32,000 nt of DNA from Streptomyces xinghaiensis S187. GTDB taxonomy: Bacteria; Actinomycetota; Actinomycetes; Streptomycetales; Streptomycetaceae. Positions 1-9,081 of the stretch are shown one piece after another. Positions within the stretch are counted from its first letter, which is position 1; each line of letters opens with the position of its first letter. The stretch lies in assembly GCF_000220705.2 (NCBI RefSeq), contig NZ_CP023202.1:4704187-4736186 (forward strand), read 5' to 3'. The notes under the pieces are model-generated. The model searched no databases. It was not told the DNA's origin and worked only from the letters and a program-made list of their open reading frames with translations. The translations under genes and the position numbers were made by a program.

Positions 1-1
1 C

Positions 2-673
2 CTGCTGGAGGCGCTGGCGGAGATCGGGGCCCGGCGCATCGCCCTGGTCACGCCGTACACCGCCTCCGTCACCCAGTCCCTGGAGGAGTATCTGGCGGAG
101 GGCGGGGTCACCGTCACCGACCGCGAGTTCCTCGGCCTGACCTGCCACATCTGGAAGGTCTCCTACCGGTCGGTGGTGGAGATGGCCCGGCGGGCGGTCA
201 CCCACGGCGCGGACGCGCTCTTCATCAGCTGTACGAATCTGCCGACGTACGACGCCATCCCGCAGCTGGAGGCGGAGCTGCGGATGCCGGTGCTGTCGGC
301 CAATCAGGTGACGATGTGGTCGGCGCTGCGGCGGATCGGGGAGCGGGCGGTGGGGCCCTACCAGGCGCTGCTCGACCCGGTGGCCAGACGCGGTCCGGCG
401 TCGATGACGGCCTCGCCCCCCGCATCCCCGGCGCCGCCCCCGCAGGCGGTGCCCCCGGCACCGTCCGGCGTGCTGCCGGAGAGCCCGGCGGCTGCGGAGG
501 TGCTCGGCGGCCCGGGCGGGCTCGGCCCCGTGGTGCCGTTCGGGGACGGGCGCGGGGAGCCGGAGGCGGCGTTCGCCGGGGCGGCGGGCGGCGCGGGGGC
601 GGAGAGCGAGGCGGCGGACGCCCTGGACGCGCCGCTGTACCCGGACGATCCGGCCGGCCCGGCACCGCTCTGA
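2..673 (+). CDS. Asp/Glu racemase / maleate isomerase / arylmalonate decarboxylase family protein (5' truncated by window edge)
   Basis: Open frame from base 2 reading LLEALAEIGARRIALVTPYTASVTQSLEEYL...LFISCTNLPTYDAIPQLEAELRMPVLSANQVTMW; low-complexity Pro/Ala-rich C-terminal tail. Confidence 0.85.
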   Translation: MLEALAEIGARRIALVTPYTASVTQSLEEYLAEGGVTVTDREFLGLTCHIWKVSYRSVVEMARRAVTHGADALFISCTNLPTYDAIPQLEAELRMPVLSANQVTMWSALRRIGERAVGPYQALLDPVARRGPASMTASPPASPAPPPQAVPPAPSGVLPESPAAAEVLGGPGGLGPVVPFGDGRGEPEAAFAGAAGGAGAESEAADALDAPLYPDDPAGPAPL

Positions 674-794
674 ACCCGTACGGCGCGTACGGCCGGCAGG
701 CCGGCAGGCCGAGCGGAAGGGAGGGGCGGGGAGGGGGACGGGGGAACGGGGGCGACAGGCACGGCGAGACCCAACAGGCAGGAGAGCGAGACGC

Positions 795-1829
795 ATGGCA
801 GAGCTGACGACCCCCGGCACCCCTTCCGGCACGACGACCGGTACGACGGGCGCCGCGACCGGCACCACGCCCCGCACGACGGGTGCCGCGACCGGCACGA
901 CGGCCGGCCCGGTGACGGGAGCGGCGCCGGCAACGGCCGCGGTCAGGGCGGCGGAGGCCGGGACGGAGACGGCGGGCGGCCCCGGCGCGGCAGCCGTCGG
1001 CTTCCTGTACCCGGGGTACTCCGCCGAGGACGACTACCCGCGGCTGGAGGCCATGCTGGCCGGGGCGGGCCCGGGGGACGGCGGCGACATGGAGCCGGGG
1101 AGCGCGGCCACCGGCGGTTCCGGCGCCGGGGACGGGGCGCTCGGTCTGGCCGGCGCCGTCACCGGCGCCTCCCCCGCCGTCCGGCTGCCGCTCGTCCACA
1201 CCGACATCGGCGAGGACGCCCACCGCGTCGACGCCCTGCTGGAGATGGGGTCGGCCGCCCGCCTGGCGGCCCGGGTCGACGAGCTCCGGGCGCGGGGCGC
1301 GCAGGCCGTCGTCTGGGCCTGCACCAGCGCCAGCTTCGTCTTCGGCCGCGAAGGCGCACAGGAACAGGTGCGCGAACTGGCGCAGGTGGCCGGGCTTCCG
1401 GCCTCCAGCACCTCCTTCGCCTTCGCCCACGCCATCGGAGACCTGGGCGTCGAACAGGTGGCCGTCGCCGCCACCTATCCGGAGGACGTCGCCGAGCTGT
1501 TCACCGCCTTTCTGAAGTCCTTCGGCACGGAGGTCGTGGCGATGCGCGGCAGCGGCATCATCACGGCCGCCGAGGTCGGCACCTGGGGCTGGGAGGAGGT
1601 ACGGGCCCTCGCCCGCGCGGGCGACCACCCCGAGGCGCAGGCCGTGCTGCTGCCGGACACCGCGCTGCACACCGCCGCGTACATCGCCCGGCTGGAGGCG
1701 GAGCTTGGCAAGCCGGTGCTCACCGCGAACCAGGTGACCGTCCGCGAAGGGCTGCGGCTGCTCGCACACCCGGTGCCGCACCGGCCGCGGCTCGGAGCGC
1801 TCTTCTCCGCGGCCGCGGCCGCGGCCTGA
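795..1829 (+). CDS. Asp/Glu racemase / maleate isomerase family protein, tandem paralog
   Basis: VVWACTSASFVFG, VAVAATYPEDVAELF, ELGKPVLTANQVTVREGLRLL motifs shared with the upstream gene; Thr/Gly/Ala-rich N-terminal extension. Confidence 0.85.
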   Translation: MAELTTPGTPSGTTTGTTGAATGTTPRTTGAATGTTAGPVTGAAPATAAVRAAEAGTETAGGPGAAAVGFLYPGYSAEDDYPRLEAMLAGAGPGDGGDMEPGSAATGGSGAGDGALGLAGAVTGASPAVRLPLVHTDIGEDAHRVDALLEMGSAARLAARVDELRARGAQAVVWACTSASFVFGREGAQEQVRELAQVAGLPASSTSFAFAHAIGDLGVEQVAVAATYPEDVAELFTAFLKSFGTEVVAMRGSGIITAAEVGTWGWEEVRALARAGDHPEAQAVLLPDTALHTAAYIARLEAELGKPVLTANQVTVREGLRLLAHPVPHRPRLGALFSAAAAAA

Positions 1830-1851
1830 CGGGGAGGAGAAAGAGGAGGAC

Positions 1852-1898
1852 CGCGGACACGGCCCTCCGGAGCGGTGCTCCGGAGGGCCGTGTCCGCG
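1852..1898. terminator. Perfect 22-bp inverted repeat with 3-nt loop, probable bidirectional terminator
   Basis: CGCGGACACGGCCCTCCGGAGC - GGT - GCTCCGGAGGGCCGTGTCCGCG, located between convergent genes ending at 1829 (+) and 1949 (-). Confidence 0.75.
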
Positions 1899-1948
1899 CG
1901 GCCGGGCGCGGTGCGGAGTCGTGGAGGAGGGCCCCGCGCACCGGCCCG

Positions 1949-2563
1949 CTACGTCCCCGTGCCGCCCCCGGCCCGGGTCCCGGGCCGGCTTCCCGGCGCG
2001 GGGAGGACGGGACGCGTTCCGCCGCCCTGCGGGCACACCCAGGAGGCGGTCCCGTCGACGACCTCGGCGACCGGGGGGTGGCCGTGCCCGCGGACCGGGC
2101 ACGGGGGAACCGGCGCGCCGCCGGCCGCCTCCAGGACGGCCTCCTGCAACTGCCCGGCGAGGAGAGCCACCGCCTCGGCCTCGCTCAGCCCGTCGCCGAG
2201 GAGCACCTCCACGGCGGAGCCGTCGCGGAAGGCCAGCGTGACGGCCACGGGGGAGGCCCGGTGCTCTCCGCCACCCGGCGCGGCGTTCTCCCCGGCGCCC
2301 GCTCCGGTGCCGTGGGCACGCCCGTCGCCCGCCGGGCCCCCGTCGTTCGACCTGCCCTCGTCGTCCGTCCGGCCCCCGTCATCCGTCCGGCTCTCGTCCG
2401 AGCGCACCCGCAGCCGGGAGGTGAAGGCCGCCGGGCCGGGCTCCGGTGCCGCGGGCCCGTCCGGTGCCCCGCCCGTCACCTCCAGGGTGTGACCGGCGGG
2501 GTCCCCGAGCTGGCGCAGGATCGCCTCCGCCCAGCTCCGTACGGCGGTGGTGCCGGGGCCCAT
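1949..2563 (-). CDS. Hypothetical protein
   Basis: 204-aa ORF with internal Asp/Gly-rich low-complexity segment; 3 nt from the downstream secreted-protein gene on the same strand. Confidence 0.55.
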   Translation of the reverse strand: MGPGTTAVRSWAEAILRQLGDPAGHTLEVTGGAPDGPAAPEPGPAAFTSRLRVRSDESRTDDGGRTDDEGRSNDGGPAGDGRAHGTGAGAGENAAPGGGEHRASPVAVTLAFRDGSAVEVLLGDGLSEAEAVALLAGQLQEAVLEAAGGAPVPPCPVRGHGHPPVAEVVDGTASWVCPQGGGTRPVLPAPGSRPGTRAGGGTGT

Positions 2564-2565
2564 CG

Positions 2566-3321
2566 CTACTTCTTCGCCTTGACGGCGGCGGCCCAGGTGA
2601 GGGTGCCCACCCCGGGCCGCCCGCCGATCCGCACCGGGAAGGTCATGTGGTCCTGGAACTGCACGACGTCATCATGCCGGACCGGCTTGAGCGTGCCGTG
2701 GAAGAGGTAGTTCTTCCCCACCACGTGACCGGCGTTCCTCGGCATCGCCTTGCCGTTCTTCCACCACGAGACGCCCCTCTCCCGGACCGGGCCGGTGATG
2801 ACGGACTGCACCCGCGCGGAGATCCGGAACCCCCAGTTGATCGTGGAGTGGCGGCAGTTGAAGCGGGCGTGGAGGGTGCCGTTGGCGTCGCTCCAGCTCG
2901 GGTTCTTGTCGCAGCGCAGGATGGCCGGTCCCCGGCGCTTCACGTCCGGTGCCGCCGCGGGGGTCCGGGCTCCGGCCGGCGGAGCGGAGAGGGCGGCGGC
3001 CGGGGGCGTGCCCAGGACGGACCGCAGCTGTTTCCGTTCGGCGCCGGTCAGCGCGGGCGCGGAGCCGTCCGGTGCCGCGTCGAGCGTGATGCGCAGGGTG
3101 GACTTCCCGCCGTCCCTGACGGCGGTCGAGGTGAAGGTCCGCTTCCCGGCCGGGGCGTCCGCCGCCGTGCCCGGGTGGGCCGTGGCCGCGGCCGGCTGTC
3201 CGGCGTTCCCGGGCACCGGCTTCGCGGGTACCGCGTGCACCGCCCCGGTGGCGGGAGCGGCCAGCGCCAGCGCCAGCGCCAGCGCGCTGATCACCGTGGT
3301 GTTCCTCACTGTCTTGAGCAT
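2566..3321 (-). CDS. Secreted hypothetical protein
   Basis: MLKTVRNTTVISALALALALAAPATGAVHA signal peptide; conserved-looking C-terminal part NPSWSDANGTLHARFNCRHSTINWGFRISARVQSV. Confidence 0.75.
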   Translation of the reverse strand: MLKTVRNTTVISALALALALAAPATGAVHAVPAKPVPGNAGQPAAATAHPGTAADAPAGKRTFTSTAVRDGGKSTLRITLDAAPDGSAPALTGAERKQLRSVLGTPPAAALSAPPAGARTPAAAPDVKRRGPAILRCDKNPSWSDANGTLHARFNCRHSTINWGFRISARVQSVITGPVRERGVSWWKNGKAMPRNAGHVVGKNYLFHGTLKPVRHDDVVQFQDHMTFPVRIGGRPGVGTLTWAAAVKAKK

Positions 3322-3629
3322 GTGAACTCCCCCGTGCCGCCGCGAAGTCGCCGAGGGCACCCTGCCCCCGGGGCGGCGGCGCGCGGCCATCAATCTAGGA
3401 GAGACGGGCGGCTGATTGGAGGGGTTCCGGAGCAATTGGCGATATTCGATCCGCTCTGTCTCATTCGCCCATTTATGTGATGAGCGGTGCGGGGAGGGCG
3501 GCGGGAAGGGCCGGGAATAACCGGAGTAGCTCTCCGGTTGTCCGGCCGGCACGCGGGAACGCGCACGCGGACCTCGGCAAGCGCGCCGCGTGAGCGCCCG
3601 GACAGAGACCCATCAGGGAGGCAGGCCGC

Positions 3630-4736
3630 ATGGCCACCGAGCACGACACCATCCGCGGCACGACGCGGGGCACCGCCCCGGTCCCGCTGTCCGTCCTGGA
3701 CCTCGCCACCGTCGGCAGCGGATCCACCGCCGAGGACGCGCTGCGCACCGGCACCGAACTGGCCCGTACCGCCGAACGCCGCGGCTACCACCGCTTCTGG
3801 GTGGCCGAGCACCACTCGATGCCCGGTATCGCCAGCTCCTCCCCGGCCGTGATCCTCGCCCACCTCGCCGCGCACACCGAGCGCATCCGGCTCGGCTCCG
3901 GCGGCGTGATGCTCCCCAACCACGCCCCGCTGGTCATCGCGGAGCAGTTCGGCACCCTGGAAGCCCTCGCGCCCGGGCGGATCGACCTCGGCCTCGGCCG
4001 CGCCCCGGGCACCGACGGCGCCACCGCCGCCGCCCTCCGCCGTACCGACCGCCTCAACGAGGGCGCGGACGACTTCCCGCAGCAACTCCTCGAACTGACC
4101 CGCTTCCTGGACGACGCCTTCCCCGACGGCCATCCGTACAGCCGCATCCACGCCGTCCCCGGCCCCGTCCAGGCCACCTCGCCCGGCGGGGTGCAGTCCG
4201 CCGGCCGGCCGCAGGTCTGGCTGCTCGGCTCCAGCGGATTCAGCGCACAGCTGGCGGGCTCCCTCGGACTGCCGTTCTCCTTCGCCCACCACTTCTCGGC
4301 GGCGAACACCCTTCCGGCCCTTGAGCTGTACCGGGAGTCCTTCCGCCCGTCGGCGGTCCTCGACGAGCCGTACGCCGCGATCGGCGTCGCGGTGCTCGCG
4401 GCGGAGGACGAGAAGGAGGCCCGCCGCCAGATCATGACCGGCGCCCTGTCGATGCTCCGCCTGCGCACCGGCCGGCCCGGCCTCGTCCCGACCCCGGAGG
4501 AGGCCGAGGCGTACCCGTGGAGCCCGCGGGAGCGCGGCTTCGTCGACAGCTGGGTCGGCAACATCGTCCACGGCACCCCGGAAGCGGTCCGCGAGGGGCT
4601 GGACGCACTGGCGAAGCGCACCGGTGCCGACGAGATGATCCTCACCTCGAACGTGCACGGCGCGGATGCCCGCCTCCGCTCGTACGAGCTGATCGCCGAC
4701 GCCTACGGCATGCCGGACGGCCCCGCCGCGGCCTGA
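3630..4736 (+). CDS. LLM-class (luciferase-like) flavin-dependent oxidoreductase, MsnO8-like
   Basis: [94 protein letters not shown]. Confidence 0.93.
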   Translation: MATEHDTIRGTTRGTAPVPLSVLDLATVGSGSTAEDALRTGTELARTAERRGYHRFWVAEHHSMPGIASSSPAVILAHLAAHTERIRLGSGGVMLPNHAPLVIAEQFGTLEALAPGRIDLGLGRAPGTDGATAAALRRTDRLNEGADDFPQQLLELTRFLDDAFPDGHPYSRIHAVPGPVQATSPGGVQSAGRPQVWLLGSSGFSAQLAGSLGLPFSFAHHFSAANTLPALELYRESFRPSAVLDEPYAAIGVAVLAAEDEKEARRQIMTGALSMLRLRTGRPGLVPTPEEAEAYPWSPRERGFVDSWVGNIVHGTPEAVREGLDALAKRTGADEMILTSNVHGADARLRSYELIADAYGMPDGPAAA

Positions 4737-4910
4737 GCCCCGGGGTCCCAGGCGGCCCGAGCCACCCGCGCCCCGCGAACACCCCGACGGCCCAAAGATG
4801 TTCGCGGGCGCCCCCGCGCCCGCGCCCGCCGGGCGGGGCGACCTCCTGTCCGTGCGGCCCGGCACGGTACGGAACGTCACGGGGAGCGACGGGGAGTGCG
4901 GGGGGCTGCG

Positions 4911-5111
4911 ATGGACCTGCCGGAGCGCATCGCCGCGGTGCGCGCGGGAAACGGCGAACCGGCCGCGATGGCCGGGGAGTTCCGGCGCACGGCGGTGCTG
5001 CTTCACTGGGACCCGGATGTTGACCGTTCACAGTGGAACTTCGCGAGCCACCACCGGCCGACTCGCCCTGCTGGACCGCCGCTTCGTGAATACCTGCCGG
5101 TCAGAGAATAG
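4911..5111 (+). CDS. Small hypothetical protein, possibly a truncated SseB-like N-terminus
   Basis: 66-aa ORF MDLPERIAAVRAGNGEPAAMAGEFRRTAVLLHW... that loses recognisable character after about residue 33. Confidence 0.3.
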   Translation: MDLPERIAAVRAGNGEPAAMAGEFRRTAVLLHWDPDVDRSQWNFASHHRPTRPAGPPLREYLPVRE

Positions 5112-5189
5112 GACGCCACCCGCTACGCGCGTATCGACAAGCAGCAGGACACGCTTCCCCGCGGGCTGATGGGCAAGGCGGCGGGTCGG

Positions 5190-5753
5190 CTAACGCGCCA
5201 CGCGGTAGCGGAGGTGGACGACTTTCGAGTTGAAGGTGCGGGTCTCGACGAGTTCGAGATCCACCCGGCGCTCGTGCCGGGGAAAGAACGGGATGCCGCC
5301 GCCCACCAGTACCGGGTAGACCATGGTCCGGTACTCGTCGATCAGACCCAACGCGGCCGCCTCGGCGGCCAGGGTCGCGCCGCCGATCGCGATGTCGCCC
5401 TCGCCCGGCTCGGTGCGCAACCGTTCGATCTCCTCCGCCAGGCCGCCGGACGCCAGGCGGGCCTGGCCCCGCACCGCCGACAGCGTGGTGGAGAACACCA
5501 CCTTCGGCAGCGGCTTCCACAGCGCGGTCCACTCGCGCATGGCGTCGTCGAGCGAGGGGTCCTGGTCGGCGGTCTCCCAGTACAGCATCGTCTCGTACAG
5601 CCGTCGTCCCAGCAGGTGGACGCCGACCTCCCGGGTCTCGTCGATCCAGAAGCGGAAGACCTCCTCGTCGGGTGCCCCCCAGTCGAAGTCGCCGTCCGGC
5701 CCGACGATATAGCCGTCCAGTGAAACGCTCATCGAGTAGGTCACGCTGCGCAT
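5190..5753 (-). CDS. Dihydrofolate reductase family protein (RibD C-terminal-like)
   Basis: MRSVTYSMSVSLDGYIVGPDGDFDW...LLGRRLYETMLYW...DIAIGGATLAAEAAALGLIDEYRTMVYPVLVGGGIPFFP. Confidence 0.93.
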   Translation of the reverse strand: MRSVTYSMSVSLDGYIVGPDGDFDWGAPDEEVFRFWIDETREVGVHLLGRRLYETMLYWETADQDPSLDDAMREWTALWKPLPKVVFSTTLSAVRGQARLASGGLAEEIERLRTEPGEGDIAIGGATLAAEAAALGLIDEYRTMVYPVLVGGGIPFFPRHERRVDLELVETRTFNSKVVHLRYRVAR

Positions 5754-6267
5754 CGGAGTCCTCCTTGGTGACGGGTTCGACAGTACGACCGCCGGAGGCC
5801 GCAGAACTCATCACGGCGCGCGGGAAGCCTGGGCCGAGTCGCCTCACGAGATCATTCGTCGGGTCAGCCTCGCTGGACCCCAGAAGGTCCCGCCGACGGT
5901 GCGGCCCGCCCAGAAGAAGGTCAACACCCGGTTCGACACCTGGGAGATCATCCCCGCCACCGGGGGCCTTCACCACGGTGGCCATGGCCGATGACGCCCG
6001 GGTTCTGCTGACGGCCCCGGTACGGGACGCCGACGCGTCCGGTGGCAGCCGGGCCGAGCCTCTGCCGTTCTCCCAGACCGAGTTCGTCACCCTGCTGAAG
6101 CGACTGGACTCCGCGGCCGCCGCGGGCGTCGGGTACGACCTGAGCTTCGACGGAGAGGGGCAGGTGGCCAAGCTGCAGTCCGTCTACAGGCCGTGAGTTC
6201 GTGGGGGGACGGGGACGGGGACGGCGGGCGCAGAGCAGGTGATCCCGGGAGTCCGGAAGATCGGGCA

Positions 6268-6699
6268 TCAGCGCCGCGCGTGGCGGATCTTGAGCCGTCC
6301 GAAGCCCATGGTCCCGGCGATACGGATCTTCGGACCGCCGGGGCGGGTGCGCTGCCGAGGCTTGTAGAGCCGGTCCTTCCACACGGTTTGGAGATTCTCG
6401 GTGTCGACGACCGCGTCGCGAGGCACCGTGATCTTGGCTCTGCCCGTGCCGAGTTGCAGCTCGATGTCCACCACCGGGTGCTCGATGACCGCGCGGGACA
6501 GGTCCAGGTGCACCTTTCCGAAGGCGGACTCGACCTTGAGACGCCGAGGCACCCGCCAGGCGCCGCGCCGCCGGATCCGTCCGCTGAGAGCGGCGAGGGT
6601 GGACGTGGTGTCCGCTGTGCCCTGGGGGAGGGACGCCAGCGCGGGCGCGAGGTCCCCGGGTGTCCTGGCGGTGAGCACCCGGTGGAGGCGTTCGTCCAT
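6268..6699 (-). pseudogene. DUF1707 domain protein with LiaF-like C-terminus, probably 5' truncated
   Basis: Begins mid-motif (THEEMDERLHRVLTARTPGDLAPALASLP resembles the C-terminal half of DUF1707), then HLDLSRAVIEHPVVDIELQLGTGRAKITVPRDAVVD. Upstream half missing at the junction with the TnpB-like remnant. Confidence 0.6.
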
Positions 6700-6722
6700 C
6701 TCCTCGTGGGTCCGATCGTGAG

Positions 6723-7862
6723 GCCGGTGTCGTGCACGTGGCGCGGGGCGGGAAGCGACTGGCCCGCAACCGGCACAATCTGCAAGCCGCCCAGCTGACC
6801 GAGTACAAGTGACGCAGGCGCTGGGATGCCGGACGCTGGTTCCTCCAGGCAGACGGGGAGTCGGGGAAGCGTTTCGGGAACGAGACCATCCGCGTCAGCT
6901 CCGACGGCGAGGTCAGCATCAGGCTTCCGGCTCCGCTGGCGCACCTGGCCAACGCCCCGCACGGCCGGTATGTGCTCGACGGCCGGATCACCTTCCGGCA
7001 CCGCGGCGAAGAGTGGGCCGACCGCGTGACGGCGAACCGTGCTGTCGCCTACCGCATCCACCTGGACGCGGACCGGAACCGCTGGTACCTCACCGCGTCG
7101 TGGACGATCCCGCCGGCCCAGACCGTTCCCCTGACCGCAGCCAGAGCGAACGGGCTCATCGGTGTGGACACCAACGCCGACCACTTCGCAGCGTGGCGTC
7201 TGGACGAGCACGGCAACCCGACGGGTGAGCCCCGCCGATTCCTCTACGATCTCGACGGGCCGGCCACCTACCGGGACGCCCAGGTCAGGCACGCCCTCAC
7301 CCGCCTCCTTCACTGGGCACGGCGCGAAGGCGTCTCCATCGCGATCGAGGACCTGGACTTCGGCGCGGACAAGACGCGGGAGAAGCACGGCCGCAAGAAG
7401 CGGTTCCGCAAGCTGATCTCCGGTATGCCCGTCGCCAAACTGCGGGCACGGCTCGTGTCCATGGCCGCCGGCCTCGGCATCACCATCGTCGTCGTCGACC
7501 CCGCCTACACCTCCCGCTGGGGCGCCGAGCACTGGCAGAAACCCCTCAGCAGCAAGAACCGCAAGACCACCCGCCACGACGCCGCCGGCGTCGCGATCGG
7601 GCGACGCGCTCTCGGGCACCGCGTCCGGCGACGGACGGCACCGCCCCCACACGACCAGAGAGATCGTGTGGGGCATCGGACCGCCCAGGCCGGACACGGC
7701 ACCCGCGGGCGTGAGGAAACCCGCCCCCGCATCCCCGGACCACGGACACGATCCGTGTCGCCGGACGCGGCGCGAACGCGGGTGACCAGCGCATCCACAA
7801 CCGTTCGGGATGCGCCAGCTGACCAGGCATGGGTCCAAGACTCACTCCTGCTCGCTGATTAG
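6723..7862 (+). mobile_element. Degenerate IS200/IS605-type TnpB-related protein (RuvC-like nuclease) remnant
   Basis: Frame 3 reads VHVARGGKRLARNRHNLQAAQLTEYK*RRRWDAGRWFLQADGESGKRFGNETIRVSS...LIGVDTNADHFAAWRL...IAIEDLDFGADK...VVDPAYTSRWGAEHW...HDAAGVAIGRRALGHR. In-frame TGA at 6810-6812; N-terminus absent. Confidence 0.8.
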
Positions 7863-7865
7863 GAA

Positions 7866-8130
7866 CGGTTCTTCGGGAGCGACGCTCTCGGCCTGGCGGT
7901 CTTCGAACGAGTGCGCTCCCTGCTGGAGGGAACGGTCGAAGTCCGGGTGTCGAAGAGCCAGGTCGCATTCCGGCACCCACGCGTTTCGCCTATCTCTGGG
8001 TGCCCGGCCGGCTCGTCGAGGCCGCCGACCGTGCGACTGGAGCGGGCGTGCCAACGGCCGGTCGTGAGGGCACCGGCGGGGGTTGCGGCCACGGACAGCG
8101 AAACGGGCCGCCGACTCCGTCGACGGCCCG
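7866..8130 (+). pseudogene. DUF5655-like protein remnant with frameshift(s)
   Basis: ERFFGSDALGLAVFERVRSLLEGTVEVRVSKSQVAFRHP then, in another frame, TRFAYLWVPGRLVEAADRATGAG. Confidence 0.4.
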
Positions 8131-8190
8131 TCATGAAAGATCGAGGCTAACGGCCCGTTGCGCCCGACTCGCAGCCGCCGCCTCGAAACT

Positions 8191-9081
8191 CTATCGCCTC
8201 TTGACCAGGTAGACGACCCCAAGCAGAAAGGTGGCGCTGTAGGCCCTACGGCTCCCGCCATGCTGGCCGTCGAGAAGATATCGTCCGCGCTCTCGGTCCC
8301 AGTCGCCGTCTTCCAGTGCAGCCCTGATGTCACCGCCCATGTGGTTCCAACTGGTGATGACGTCGGCATGTGCTCCGACATGCCATGCACCGTCCTGGCG
8401 AAGCGCGTTGTACACTTCGTGATTGATCATCCTGTTACGGGCGGTTTCAGCGAGTGTGACAGCCATGAGTTCCAGCGCGCTCTGAAGCGGACTGCCCACG
8501 CCCGTCTGGCTGTTGTGCAGCAGGCTGTCGACGGCTCCCCTGATGTTGGCTTGATCGACCGTGATTGTGGCGAGGTCACGATAGTTCTCGGGAAAGCCGA
8601 GCTGAACTCTGTTCGCACCTCGGAGGAGTTCGTCGGGAACCCCAGCTCCCCGGAAGTGGTAAAGAGTGTTGTTGGACCGCCGATAGAACCCCCGGATATA
8701 CAGGTCGTCCGGGTCCACGACGAGTTGAACTTCATCGGCGTCGAGATAGTTGAGGTGGCCGACCCCGACCAGGCCCCAATTCCGAGTTCCCTCATCGCCT
8801 GTTCCGATGAGCCTACGGGTGAACCCGTGAGGCCCGACTGGTGTGGGATCTGGATCCGCGAATCTTTCGCGCATACTGCAGATCAACCTCTGAACCGCAA
8901 GAGCGAATTCCAGCACGGCGTCGGACTGCTCCACGCTCGTCGTGAGCGTTGCCACCCGAGCAGGGGTCTTTGTCGTTGCCACCGTGGAGCTGGGGTAGAT
9001 CCACGAGGTTGCGAGCATCAGCGTGATGATCCCGGCCAGGACGCGAATCCACAACCAAGTGATTCCTTTCGGGGCGCTCAC
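8191..9081 (-). CDS. Secreted ribosome-inactivating family protein (rRNA N-glycosidase, ricin A/Shiga A-like)
   Basis: N-terminal hydrophobic segment (WLWIRVLAGIITLMLATSWIY) then RIP-like blocks VQLVVDPDDLYIRGFYRRSNNTLYHF, LGFPENYRDLA, LMAVTLAETARNRMINHEV, ITSWNHMGGDIRAAL; GTG start overlaps upstream stop (GTGA). Confidence 0.85.
   Translation of the reverse strand: MSAPKGITWLWIRVLAGIITLMLATSWIYPSSTVATTKTPARVATLTTSVEQSDAVLEFALAVQRLICSMRERFADPDPTPVGPHGFTRRLIGTGDEGTRNWGLVGVGHLNYLDADEVQLVVDPDDLYIRGFYRRSNNTLYHFRGAGVPDELLRGANRVQLGFPENYRDLATITVDQANIRGAVDSLLHNSQTGVGSPLQSALELMAVTLAETARNRMINHEVYNALRQDGAWHVGAHADVITSWNHMGGDIRAALEDGDWDRERGRYLLDGQHGGSRRAYSATFLLGVVYLVKRR

Noticed and set aside
225-2102. 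Long minus-strand ORF (625 aa)
   Set aside because: Antisense shadow of the two racemase-family genes; Arg/Pro/Gly-rich translation typical of high-GC wrong-frame reading.
4772-4808. Inverted repeat CCCGCGAACA...TGTTCGCGGG after the luciferase-like gene
   Set aside because: 10-bp stem with 17-nt loop; possible terminator but too weak to list confidently.
3390-5006. 538-aa minus-strand ORF
   Set aside because: Antisense to the luciferase-like monooxygenase; no recognisable domain.
6087-7838. 583-aa minus-strand ORF
   Set aside because: Antisense to the TnpB-related remnant and overlapping the DUF1707-like fragment; low-complexity wrong-frame composition.
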